Assembly (NCBI RefSeq): GCF_039541115.1
Contig: NZ_BAABFP010000005.1
Span: 310,001-374,000, forward strand
Direction of reading: 5' to 3'
DNA: 64,000 nucleotides
DNA from: Angustibacter luteus
GTDB taxonomy: Bacteria > Actinomycetota > Actinomycetes > Actinomycetales > Angustibacteraceae
Position 1 is the stretch's first letter; every line of letters starts with the position of its first letter. Made by a program: the position numbers and the translations under genes. Below, in pieces: positions 50,860 through 59,686 of this stretch. The notes under the pieces are model-generated. The model saw nothing but the letters and a program-made list of their open reading frames with translations. It was not told where the DNA came from and did not search any database.

Positions 50860-51294
50860 ATGCTCGCTCGCATTCGCAAGGCGGCGGAGGAGAAGGACAG
50901 CGGCTTCACGCTGATCGAGCTCCTGGTCGTCATGATCATCATCGGCATCCTCGCGGCCATCGCCATCCCGGTGTTCCTGAACCAGCGCAAGAAGGCCGTC
51001 GACACCTCGATGAAGTCGGACCTGCGCACGGTCGCCAACGAGATGGAGACCTACTACACCGACAACCAGAACTACCCGGCGGACGCCTCTGGCACCGACG
51101 CGGTCCTGGTCGGCACGGGCAACTCCATCAAGCTGACCAAGGGCAACAAGATCACCGTCACGACGACCGTCGGCACGGGCATCCTCGCCGGCACCTTCTG
51201 CCTGAAGGCGGAGAACGCCAAGGGCACCGGCGACTGGTACTACGACAGCGACCAGGGCGGCCTGCAGCCCAAGGGCACCGCTGCCTGCAGCTGA
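50860..51294 (+). CDS. pilA: Type IVa major pilin, copy 2
   Basis: Same signal and alpha1 helix as copy 1; diverged globular region. Confidence 0.92.
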   Translation: MLARIRKAAEEKDSGFTLIELLVVMIIIGILAAIAIPVFLNQRKKAVDTSMKSDLRTVANEMETYYTDNQNYPADASGTDAVLVGTGNSIKLTKGNKITVTTTVGTGILAGTFCLKAENAKGTGDWYYDSDQGGLQPKGTAACS

Positions 51295-51309
51295 TCACTC
51301 GCTCTGCTG

Positions 51310-51346
51310 AAGCGGGGCTCCCGGACACGTCCGGGGGCCCCGCTTT
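51310..51346 (+). terminator. Intrinsic terminator after pilin 2
   Basis: AAGCGGGGCTCCCGGA...TCCGGGGGCCCCGCTTT. Confidence 0.75.
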
Positions 51347-51376
51347 CGTCGTCCCGCAGATTCCTCCATTTGGATG

Positions 51377-51475
51377 CTCAAGTCGTTGTGCCCGTGGCCG
51401 ATGCATCAATTGTCATCGGAGGTGGCCCGCCCGGGTTCGTCCCTCCACATCGATCGTCTCGAAGGGACGAATCAC
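51377..51475 (+). promoter_or_regulatory. FliA/WhiG-type promoter plus conserved structured leader (pilin 3)
   Basis: CTCA-N16-GCCGAT; TTCGTCCCT (51436-44) is complementary to AGGGACGAA (51463-71). Confidence 0.65.
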
Positions 51476-51937
51476 ATGCTCGCTCGCATTCGCAAGGCGG
51501 CGGAGGACAAGGACAGCGGCTTCACGCTGATCGAGCTCCTGGTCGTCATGATCATCATCGGCATCCTCGCGGCCATCGCCATCCCGGTGTTCCTGAACCA
51601 GCGCAAGAAGGCCGTCGACACCTCGATCAAGTCCGACCTGCGCACGGTCGCCAACGAGCTCGAGACCTACTACACCGACAACCAGGCCTACGTCGCTGTC
51701 GCCACCAACACGGCCGGCACCAACAAGGTCACCGTTGGTTCCACCGACGTCAAGCTGAGCTCCAACAACGTCGTGGCCCTCAAGCTCGTCAAGCAGGGCA
51801 CCGGCGGCGCGGTCGTCGCGGCGACCGACGCCACCGACGCGCAGGGCTTCTGCCTGACCGGCACGAACGCCAAGTCCTCGGGCAACGTCATCACGTACAA
51901 CAGCCTCGCGGGCGGCCTCGGCAACACCGCTTGCTGA
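51476..51937 (+). CDS. pilA: Type IVa major pilin, copy 3
   Basis: G|FTLIELL; most divergent C-terminal half; terminal Cys pair. Confidence 0.92.
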   Translation: MLARIRKAAEDKDSGFTLIELLVVMIIIGILAAIAIPVFLNQRKKAVDTSIKSDLRTVANELETYYTDNQAYVAVATNTAGTNKVTVGSTDVKLSSNNVVALKLVKQGTGGAVVAATDATDAQGFCLTGTNAKSSGNVITYNSLAGGLGNTAC

Positions 51938-51952
51938 TCTGACGCTTCATCG

Positions 51953-51982
51953 GCGGGGTCGGCCCTTCGGGGCCGGCCCCGC
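51953..51982 (+). terminator. cUUCGg hairpin after pilin 3
   Basis: GCGGGGTCGGCCC-TTCG-GGGCCGGCCCCGC. Confidence 0.75.
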
Positions 51983-52016
51983 TTCGCATGTCCCGAGAAA
52001 GCACCCGTTCGGTCGT

Positions 52017-52043
52017 CTCAAGGTCCTCCAGCAGAGCGCCGAC
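52017..52043 (+). promoter_or_regulatory. Putative FliA/WhiG-type promoter (minor pilin operon)
   Basis: CTCA-N17-GCCGAC. Confidence 0.65.
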
Positions 52044-52098
52044 AGTGTCAACAGCGACCGGTGGCGACCCGCCCCGGCTGGGTGAGTGGGTGGTGGGC

Positions 52099-53448
52099 AT
52101 GGACCTGCGTCGACGGTGGCGCCTGGTGCGGACTGGTTCCGACACCGGCTTCGGCCTGGTCGAGCTGTTGTTCGCGATGGTGATCTTCACGATCATCGCG
52201 ACGGCGGTCGCCTACGGCCTGCAGAGCGCGTTGAACACCACCGGCCAGAACCGGATGCGCGTGCAGGGGGCGAACCTCGCGTCACGCGAGATGGAGATCG
52301 TGCGCCACGAGTTCAGCTCCTCGCCCACCGGGCCGCAGGACCTGTCGGCCACCGCCACCGCAGTCAACCCGCACCCGCTCAGCGGCGCCTCGGCTCCGAT
52401 GAAGATCGACGGCGTCCCCTTCACGGTCACCCGCACGGTGGAGTGGCTGCCGGCCGGTCCCGGCTCCAGCCCCTGCGACGGTGGCTCCGCGGTGACCTAC
52501 CCCGTCCTGGCGGTGAACGTGAAGGTCACCTGGGACCGCATGGGCTCGACCCAGCCGGTCGAGTCGAACACCATCCTGACGCCGCCCAAGGGCAACGTGT
52601 CGGGGACCATCTCGTTCGTCGCCGTCAAGGTGATCGACGCTGGCGGCATCGGTGAGGGCAACATGCCCGTCACGCTGGCCGGCGGGTCCTTCACGGCTAC
52701 CCGCCCGACGGCGGACGACGGCTGCGCCGTTTTCCCGGTCTCCCCGGCCAGCTACCCGTTCAGCTACACCGCGACGGTGACCAAGTCCGGGTACAGCGAC
52801 CCGAACGGCAACGCCTCGGCGACCCGCTCGGTCGCGGTGGCTTCAGGTGGCAGCTTCGTCATCCCGGCCCCGATCTCCTACGACCTCGCCGGTTCCCTGT
52901 CCCTGACCATGGCGCTCAACGCGTCCGACGTGACCGCGGGGTACAAGCCGCCGACCACGCTGCCGCCGCTGACGATCTACAACCCGGGGATCACCGGGAG
53001 CGCGCAGACCCGGACCATCGCGTCCACGGGCGCGACGACCACCATCCCCGGCCTGTGGCCGTACAGCAGCGGCTACGAGTCCTGGCCGGGGACGTGCAAC
53101 ACCGCCTCGACCAGCCACCCGGCCGGCGTGGTGGTGCCGCCCGGCGGTTCGGCCTCCGCGACCCACCGGCTCGTGCCGGTCACCGTCCGGGTGACGCTCC
53201 TGGGCGTCAACCAGGTCAACGCCTCCGTCGTCGCCTACCCGCTCACGGCGACGGGGTGCTCCGCCGCGGAGAACCCGCTGGTGCTGGGAGTGACCAACAC
53301 CTCGGGCCAGCTCAAGACGTCGGTGCTCACCGGCTCCTGGCGCTTCCAGGTCGTCGGCGGCACGGCACCGTCCGCCGGCTGGCCCGTGCTTACCGGCGTG
53401 ACCCGCACCACGACCGCGCAGACCGTCAACGTGCAGATGGGGACCTGA
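52099..53448 (+). CDS. Large minor pilin (PilV-like N-terminus plus beta-rich extension)
   Basis: DTG|FGLVELL prepilin motif; about 449 aa, Thr/Ser/Pro-rich with Cys pairs. Confidence 0.8.
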   Translation: MDLRRRWRLVRTGSDTGFGLVELLFAMVIFTIIATAVAYGLQSALNTTGQNRMRVQGANLASREMEIVRHEFSSSPTGPQDLSATATAVNPHPLSGASAPMKIDGVPFTVTRTVEWLPAGPGSSPCDGGSAVTYPVLAVNVKVTWDRMGSTQPVESNTILTPPKGNVSGTISFVAVKVIDAGGIGEGNMPVTLAGGSFTATRPTADDGCAVFPVSPASYPFSYTATVTKSGYSDPNGNASATRSVAVASGGSFVIPAPISYDLAGSLSLTMALNASDVTAGYKPPTTLPPLTIYNPGITGSAQTRTIASTGATTTIPGLWPYSSGYESWPGTCNTASTSHPAGVVVPPGGSASATHRLVPVTVRVTLLGVNQVNASVVAYPLTATGCSAAENPLVLGVTNTSGQLKTSVLTGSWRFQVVGGTAPSAGWPVLTGVTRTTTAQTVNVQMGT

Positions 53449-53449
53449 C

Positions 53450-54172
53450 ATGACCGTGCTCCGCTTGCGGCTGCCGCGTCGGCGGCTCGACGAGGGCTTC
53501 ACGCTGGTCGAGATGCTGACCACGATGCTCCTGCTCTCGGTCATCTCGGCGCTGGCCTTCGGCGCGCTGATCGGGACGCAGAAGACCGTCCGCGGCAACA
53601 TCGGCCGCCTGGACCAGACGCAGCAGGCCAAGGTCGCTGGCGACACGATCACCAAGAACCTGCGCACCGCGGTGCTTCCGTCGCAGATCCTCGGCACCTG
53701 CACCGACTGCCAGGACGCCGCGTTCCTCAGCGGTGACTGGAACAAGGTGTCGTTCTTCGCCAACATCAACAACCCGGCCAACACGGTGGGCCCGAGCAAG
53801 GTCACGTACGCCCTCGCGGCCAACGGTTCGCTGACCGAGACCGTGCAGCCGCCGAACGCGCACGCCGCGGACGACTACAACTACACCTACTGCGCACCGA
53901 TCTCGGCGACCTGCAAGGCGTACTCGCGAACCGTCGCGCGCAACGTCGTCGCCTCCGCGACCGCCCCGATCTTCACCTACTACGACTACTCGGGCGGGCA
54001 GCTGAGCGTGCCCATCACCGGCACCACCCTGGCCGACGTCAACAGCATCAACATCGTGCTGACGATCAAGTCCAGCAAGGAAGTCAAGGGCGGCACCATC
54101 GTCACCCACGTGACGATGCCGAACGCGGACTCCCTCGAACAGTCCACCGCAACCGCCACGGCAACGCCATGA
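53450..54172 (+). CDS. Minor pilin (PilW-like)
   Basis: DEG|FTLVEML; PIFTYYD motif. Confidence 0.82.
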   Translation: MTVLRLRLPRRRLDEGFTLVEMLTTMLLLSVISALAFGALIGTQKTVRGNIGRLDQTQQAKVAGDTITKNLRTAVLPSQILGTCTDCQDAAFLSGDWNKVSFFANINNPANTVGPSKVTYALAANGSLTETVQPPNAHAADDYNYTYCAPISATCKAYSRTVARNVVASATAPIFTYYDYSGGQLSVPITGTTLADVNSINIVLTIKSSKEVKGGTIVTHVTMPNADSLEQSTATATATP

Positions 54173-54186
54173 CCGAAGGACCCGAG

Positions 54187-56307
54187 ATGCTCTCTCAGCT
54201 GCGCTTCCGCCTGGGCACCCCAGCCCGGGGCTCCGGTGACGACTCCGGCTTCGCGATGGTCACCGTCCTCGCCATCGGGTTCGTCATGAGCACCCTGATG
54301 CTGGCGACGCTCGCCTACGCGGCCCAGGTCGCCCCCCAGGCGAGGCACTCGCAGGACTGGAACGCCGCCCTGGCGGCCGCCCAGGCCGGCGTGGACGACT
54401 ACGTGTCGCGGCTGAACAAGGCGGACAGCTACGCACTCTCCGTGGACTGCACCAACATCGCCATGCAGGGCCCGGACGCCCCGACCAACTCCTGTCCCTG
54501 GAACACCGGGAGCACGACGGTCGTCGGGTGGCAGAACGTCAAGCCCGGCGACGCCGCCGCGGGCCAGTTCCACTACACGCCCTCCTACGAGGCCGGTAGC
54601 GTCCGGCTGACCGCGACGGGGAAGGTGCGCAGCGAGTACCGGACCCTGGACGTGCGCGTCGCGCGCGGTGGGTCCACCGACTTCCTGTACTACACCGACT
54701 TCGAGGACGCGGACCCCGCGAACCAGGTCTCCTACACCAGCACGCCCACCACCGCCTGCGGCAAGGACGGCAGCGACACCGCGCTGTACTGGTACGAGAA
54801 GACCAAGAACCCCAGCACGCTGGTCACCGACCCGACCACCACGAGCGGGCGTCGAGGCTGCTCGGAGATCCAGTTCGCCCCTGGTGACGTCCTGAACGGC
54901 CGGGTGCACTTCAACGACACGCCGCTGATCGGGTCGGGCAGTCCCGCTCCGCAGTTCCTGCAGGGCTACGAGACCAGCGACCCGAACTGCGTGCCGGCCA
55001 AGGCCACGACCAAGGGCTACTGCTACCGCAGCAGCAGCGGAGGAGCGCCCAACGTGGGCAGCAAGGGCTCCGTGTTCGCCCCGATCAAGCAGCTGCCGGA
55101 CAACAGCGACCAGTTCGCCAGCTACCCCGGCTGCGTCTACTACGGCGACACCCGGATCCGGTTCAAGAGCGACGGCACGATGGACATCTGGAACACCTCG
55201 AGCTCGGGCAAGACGCTCACCGGGCCGAACACGCCGGCGGGGACGAACTGCGGCGACGCCACGAAGATGGTGCCGACCAACGGCAGCGACCCCCGACCGT
55301 CCACGGCCAACAAGCAGAACGTGCCCATCCCGACGGACAAGGTGATCTACGTCCGCAACACCGGGGCGAGCAACACCTGCGCCGCCGGTGAGGTCGTGAA
55401 CGGCACGTCGTCGGGCAGCACCAGCAACGACGTCATCCCGCAGGGCACCGGCACCACCGAGCAGGGCGTCACCGACGTCAACTACTGGTGGCCGGGCAAG
55501 CAGGCGACGAAGTCGGTGGAGCAGTTCACCGTCAAGTCGACGACGAGCGGCGGCAAGACGACGTACTCCTGGAACCAGGGCACCCAGGCGGACACGGTGT
55601 CGACGTCCGACTCCTCGCACTACGTGACCTTCAACTGCGGACAGGGCAACGTCTACGTCGAGGGCACCGTCAAGGGCCGGGTGACCATCGCCGCGGAGAA
55701 CAACATCGTCGTCACCGGCGACCTGCTGGTGGACGGGACGACGGCTCCGGCCGACCCGACCGGCACCAACATCGTCGGCCTGGTCGCCGCCAACTCGGTG
55801 GTCGTCTACCACCCGGTCGTGCGTACCGGTACCACGCTGAGCACCGGCACCACCGCGGTGAACAGCAACCGGAGCGGCATCACCTGCAGCGGCACGGTGG
55901 GCAGCACGCCGTCCACCACGCCCACCTCTGCCGCACAGACCACGACGTGCACCTGGACCAAGGACCAGGACATCAGTGGCGGCAGCCTCGATGACCTCGC
56001 CTACCCGAACCAGACCAGCTCCACCGGCAACCGGTTCGTGTACGCGTCCATCCAGACCCTGCAGCACAGCTTCTGGGTGCAGACGTACAACCAGGGCGAC
56101 AAGCTGGGCAAGCTCTCCGTCCGCGGCTCGATCGCCCAGCGGTGGCGCGGTGCGGTCGGTACCTCCGGCAACACCGGCTACACCAAGGACTACAAGTACG
56201 ACCCGCGGCTGAAGTTCTCGTCACCGCCGTACTTCCCGCAGTGGACGAACGCCACGTGGTCCGCGGCGACCACCGGCGAGCTGAAGCCCAAGTACGTCGG
56301 CCAGTGA
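54187..56307 (+). CDS. Very large PilX-like minor pilin / putative tip adhesin
   Basis: DSG|FAMVTVL (no Glu5), ALAAAQAGVD; about 706 aa, Cys/Thr-rich; C-terminal GSIAQ..GYTKDYKYDPRL..PPYF. Confidence 0.78.
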   Translation: MLSQLRFRLGTPARGSGDDSGFAMVTVLAIGFVMSTLMLATLAYAAQVAPQARHSQDWNAALAAAQAGVDDYVSRLNKADSYALSVDCTNIAMQGPDAPTNSCPWNTGSTTVVGWQNVKPGDAAAGQFHYTPSYEAGSVRLTATGKVRSEYRTLDVRVARGGSTDFLYYTDFEDADPANQVSYTSTPTTACGKDGSDTALYWYEKTKNPSTLVTDPTTTSGRRGCSEIQFAPGDVLNGRVHFNDTPLIGSGSPAPQFLQGYETSDPNCVPAKATTKGYCYRSSSGGAPNVGSKGSVFAPIKQLPDNSDQFASYPGCVYYGDTRIRFKSDGTMDIWNTSSSGKTLTGPNTPAGTNCGDATKMVPTNGSDPRPSTANKQNVPIPTDKVIYVRNTGASNTCAAGEVVNGTSSGSTSNDVIPQGTGTTEQGVTDVNYWWPGKQATKSVEQFTVKSTTSGGKTTYSWNQGTQADTVSTSDSSHYVTFNCGQGNVYVEGTVKGRVTIAAENNIVVTGDLLVDGTTAPADPTGTNIVGLVAANSVVVYHPVVRTGTTLSTGTTAVNSNRSGITCSGTVGSTPSTTPTSAAQTTTCTWTKDQDISGGSLDDLAYPNQTSSTGNRFVYASIQTLQHSFWVQTYNQGDKLGKLSVRGSIAQRWRGAVGTSGNTGYTKDYKYDPRLKFSSPPYFPQWTNATWSAATTGELKPKYVGQ

Positions 56308-56313
56308 CGTGAA

Positions 56314-56346
56314 ACGGTGGCCCCGGCGACTCGCCGGGGCCACCGT
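56314..56346 (+). terminator. Hairpin after the minor pilin operon
   Basis: ACGGTGGCCCCGGCG-act-CGCCGGGGCCACCGT. Confidence 0.75.
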
Positions 56347-56370
56347 CGTCCCATCGATAGGGTTTTGTCC

Positions 56371-57153
56371 GTGACCGCATTCGTCGTGATCGTGTCAGCC
56401 GCCTTCGGCCTGGCGATCGGCTCCTTCCTCAACGTCGTGATCTGGCGCGTGCCGCGGGGCGAGTCGGTGGTCAGCCCGCCGAGCCACTGCCCGCGATGCG
56501 ACCACCCGATCCGGCAGCGGGACAACATCCCGGTGCTCTCGTGGCTGCTGCTGCGCGGCCGCTGCCGCGACTGCAGCAACCCGATCAGCCCGCGCTACCC
56601 GCTGGTGGAGCTGGCGACCGCGGTCCTGTTCGCGGTGGTGGCGCTGAGGTTCGGCGCGGACTGGCAGCTGCCGGCCTACCTCTACCTGGCCGCGATCACG
56701 GTGGCGCTCACGATGATCGACATCGACGTTCGCCGGCTGCCGGATGCCATCGTGCTGCCGTCGTACGCGGTGGCCCTGGTGCTGCTGCTCCTGCCGGCTG
56801 TCCTCGACAACCGTTGGGACGACCTGCTTCGCGCCGTCCTCGGGGGCGCGGCCCTGTTCGCCGGATACTTCCTGCTGATCTTCATCAAGCCCGGTGCCAT
56901 GGGTTTCGGGGACGTCAAGCTGGCGGGTGTCCTCGGCATCTACCTGGGCTGGCTGAGCTGGGGCGTGCTCCTGCTCGGTGCCTTCGCCGGCTTCCTGCTG
57001 GGCGGCGTGTACGGCATCGTCCTCATGCTCGCCGGCCGAGCCGGGCGCAAGAGCAAGATCCCCTATGGACCCTTCATGCTGGCCGGTGCGATGGTCGCCG
57101 TCCTCGTGGGGGAGCGCCTCGTTGAGGCCTATCGAGGAATGATCGGAATCTAG
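56371..57153 (+). CDS. pilD: Prepilin peptidase / N-methyltransferase
   Basis: GSFLNVVIWRVP, CPRC, CRDC, IDID..RLP, MGFGDVKL, PYGP. Confidence 0.95.
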   Translation: MTAFVVIVSAAFGLAIGSFLNVVIWRVPRGESVVSPPSHCPRCDHPIRQRDNIPVLSWLLLRGRCRDCSNPISPRYPLVELATAVLFAVVALRFGADWQLPAYLYLAAITVALTMIDIDVRRLPDAIVLPSYAVALVLLLLPAVLDNRWDDLLRAVLGGAALFAGYFLLIFIKPGAMGFGDVKLAGVLGIYLGWLSWGVLLLGAFAGFLLGGVYGIVLMLAGRAGRKSKIPYGPFMLAGAMVAVLVGERLVEAYRGMIGI

Positions 57154-57154
57154 G

Positions 57155-57181
57155 CTCAAGTTCCGCCCACCCCAGCCCGAT
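57155..57181 (+). promoter_or_regulatory. Putative FliA/WhiG-type promoter (pilMNO)
   Basis: CTCA-N17-CCCGAT. Confidence 0.55.
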
Positions 57182-57248
57182 TCTCCCTTTGACACGGCCC
57201 CACGTAGAGGGCCGCCAGGCGGCTGTGCCGCATGGAAGGGGTATCGAG

Positions 57249-58307
57249 GTGGCTGGACGGTCCGCGATCGGTCTCGACATCGGGACGTCGGGCGTGCGCG
57301 CAGCTGAGCTCTCGTTCGGCAAGCATGGCGTGACGCTCGAGAAGTTCGGGCAGGTCGCCCTGCCCGAGGGCGCTGTGCGCGACGGCGAGGTGGTCGACGC
57401 CAACGCGGTCGCCCACGCGCTCAAGCAGCTCTGGGCCCACACGGGCTTCTCGCACAAGGAAGTTGTGCTGGGGGTGGCCAACCAGCGCGTCATCGTGCGT
57501 CAGGTCGACCTGCCGGCCCTTCCTGAGAAGGAGCTCAAGGCGTCCCTCGCCTTCCAGGTGCAGGACTTCCTGCCCATGCCCGTCGAGCAGGCCGTGCTCG
57601 ACTTCCACCCCGTCGAGGAGTACGGCGAGCCGGGTCAGCAGCGCATGCTGCGCGGACTCCTGGTCGCCGCCGTCCGCGACATGGTGCTGGCCAACGTGCA
57701 GGCGGTCCAGCGGGCCGGGCTGCGGGTGGCCTCGGTCGACCTCACGCCGTTCGCGGTGCTGCGTTCGCTCAGCAACAACGGTGCGGCCGAGGCCGACACC
57801 GTGGCGCTGGTCGACATCGGCTCGCGGGTCACCAACATCGTCGTCCACCAGGCCGGTGCGCCGCTGTTCGTGCGCATCCTGCTCATGGGTGGCCAGGACG
57901 TGACGGACGCCGTGTCCGACACCCTGGGCATGACCCGCAGCCAGGCCGAGGCGCTCAAGCAGTCGCCGGGTCTGAGCGGCATCGACCACGAGCAGCAGCT
58001 CGAGGCCGGCCGCGCACTCGAGAGCACTGCCGCGTCCTTCGTGGACGAGGTGCGCAGCTCGCTGGACTACTTCGCGTCGTCCGCCCCGGTCGGCACGCGG
58101 CTGCAGCGGCTCGTGCTGAGTGGCGGCGGCTCGCGGCTCAACGGCCTGGCCGAGCGGCTCGAGGCCGCCACGCGCCTGCCCGTCACTGTGGGCAACCCGC
58201 TGAGCAACCTGCAGATCGGCCGCACCGGCCTTTCCGACGACCAGATCGACTTCGTCCAGCCCCTGGTCGCCGTACCAGTGGGCCTCGCGTTGGGAGCTGA
58301 CCGATGA
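57249..58307 (+). CDS. pilM: Type IV pilus alignment protein
   Basis: IGLDIGTS, VDIGS..T, EVRSSLDYF, LSGGGS, GLAL. Confidence 0.94.
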   Translation: MAGRSAIGLDIGTSGVRAAELSFGKHGVTLEKFGQVALPEGAVRDGEVVDANAVAHALKQLWAHTGFSHKEVVLGVANQRVIVRQVDLPALPEKELKASLAFQVQDFLPMPVEQAVLDFHPVEEYGEPGQQRMLRGLLVAAVRDMVLANVQAVQRAGLRVASVDLTPFAVLRSLSNNGAAEADTVALVDIGSRVTNIVVHQAGAPLFVRILLMGGQDVTDAVSDTLGMTRSQAEALKQSPGLSGIDHEQQLEAGRALESTAASFVDEVRSSLDYFASSAPVGTRLQRLVLSGGGSRLNGLAERLEAATRLPVTVGNPLSNLQIGRTGLSDDQIDFVQPLVAVPVGLALGADR

Positions 58308-59023
58308 GCCTGCTCGACCAGACCCAGACCCAGGGTCTCGGCACCACCAGCACGGCCGGGCTGCGCCTGGCCCGGGTGAACCTGCTGCCGCCGGAGATCG
58401 AGGAGGCGCGCACGCTGCGTCGCGTGCAGGCCGGCCTCGGAGCCGGGCTGGCCGTCGTGGCCGTCGTGGCTGCGGGGGCGTACTTCGTGCAGGTGCAGGA
58501 CAAGCACCACGCCGCGGACGAGCTTGCCGTGACCAAGGCCGAGACCGTTCGGCTGCAGGCGGAGCAGGCGAAGTACCAGGACGTCCCGCGCACCATCGCG
58601 GCGATCGACGCCGCGGCGACCGCGAGGTCCACGGCGATGGCCAACGACGTGCTCTGGTACCGCACCATGAACAACTTCGCGGTCACCATCCCCAGCAACA
58701 CCTGGATGACCAGCCTCACCCTCGCTCTCGGGAACTCGGCACCGACTCCCGCTGCCACTGCAGCAACTGGTGCTGGGACTGCCGCGGCCGGCGCCACGCC
58801 GGCCACGGTGCTGGGCACGGTGTCGGTCAACGGCACCGCACTGGACCACCCCAACGTCGCGACGTGGCTGGACTCGCTGGGCCGTCAGCCGGGTCTGAGC
58901 GACGCGTACTTCACGAGCTCGACGCGGGCCAAGATCGGCACCACGCCGGTCGTCAACTTCGTGTCGACGGCCTCGATCACCGACGCGGCGCTCTCGCACC
59001 GCTACGACCGGAACGGTGAATGA
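58304..59023 (+). CDS. pilN: PilN domain protein
   Basis: VNLLPPE motif, TM helix, coiled coil. Confidence 0.88.
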   Translation: MSLLDQTQTQGLGTTSTAGLRLARVNLLPPEIEEARTLRRVQAGLGAGLAVVAVVAAGAYFVQVQDKHHAADELAVTKAETVRLQAEQAKYQDVPRTIAAIDAAATARSTAMANDVLWYRTMNNFAVTIPSNTWMTSLTLALGNSAPTPAATAATGAGTAAAGATPATVLGTVSVNGTALDHPNVATWLDSLGRQPGLSDAYFTSSTRAKIGTTPVVNFVSTASITDAALSHRYDRNGE

Positions 59024-59024
59024 C

Positions 59025-59675
59025 ATGACGAAGACCCGCGCGTGGAGTGCAGGAGCTGCGGTGGTGGGCGTGCTGCTCATCGTTGCCGCCTGGTTCTTGC
59101 TCATCTCCCCTCAGCGCTCGGAGGCCGCCTCGCTGCGTGACGAGGCGACACAGCAGTCCGCTGCGAACGCCCAGATCAAGCTGAAGACGCAGCAGCTCAA
59201 GGCGCAGTTCGCCTCGCTGCCGGCGCGTCAGGCCCAGCTGGCCGAGATCAAGCAGCAGATGCCGGAGAACCCGGCGCTGCCGTCGCTGGTCCGCGACCTG
59301 TCGAAGTACGCCGACCAGGCGGAGGTGGTGCTGCAGAGCGTGGCGCCGTCCACGCCAGCGCCGTTGACCGCTGCGGCCAACACGACCACGGCCGGGGCGA
59401 CGTCGACGACCGGCATCGAGCAGATCCAGACCACGGTCGTGGCGACCGGCTCGTACGCGGAGCTGACGCTCTACCTGCAGAAGCTGCAGTCCAAGATGCG
59501 TCGGGCGGTGCTGGTCGACAACGTCGCGCTGGTGCCGGCCACGAGCGACGGTGCTGCCAAGAGTGACCTGCAGATGACGCTGCTGACCCACGTCTTCGTG
59601 CTCGACTCGTCGAAGATCGCCGCGTCCGTGGGCGCCGTCGGCACCACCACCCCGTCGACCTCCAACGCGAGCTGA
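59025..59675 (+). CDS. pilO: PilO-like protein
   Basis: TM helix (WFLLISP), coiled coil, P...LP.L, GSY..L..YL..L; follows pilN. Confidence 0.85.
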   Translation: MTKTRAWSAGAAVVGVLLIVAAWFLLISPQRSEAASLRDEATQQSAANAQIKLKTQQLKAQFASLPARQAQLAEIKQQMPENPALPSLVRDLSKYADQAEVVLQSVAPSTPAPLTAAANTTTAGATSTTGIEQIQTTVVATGSYAELTLYLQKLQSKMRRAVLVDNVALVPATSDGAAKSDLQMTLLTHVFVLDSSKIAASVGAVGTTTPSTSNAS

Positions 59676-59686
59676 GCGAGGACATC

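Noticed and set aside
50251..51937. Electrically conductive (e-pilin) interpretation
   Set aside because: Aromatics occur at mature positions 1, 24, 50, 51 and 57, but position 27 is Gln and these are full-length pilins with long aromatic-poor stretches.
50251..51937. Silent pilS-type pseudogene cassettes or an invertase-driven shufflon
   Set aside because: All three copies have an intact signal peptide, RBS and promoter motif and are co-oriented; no recombinase or inverted recombination sites were seen.
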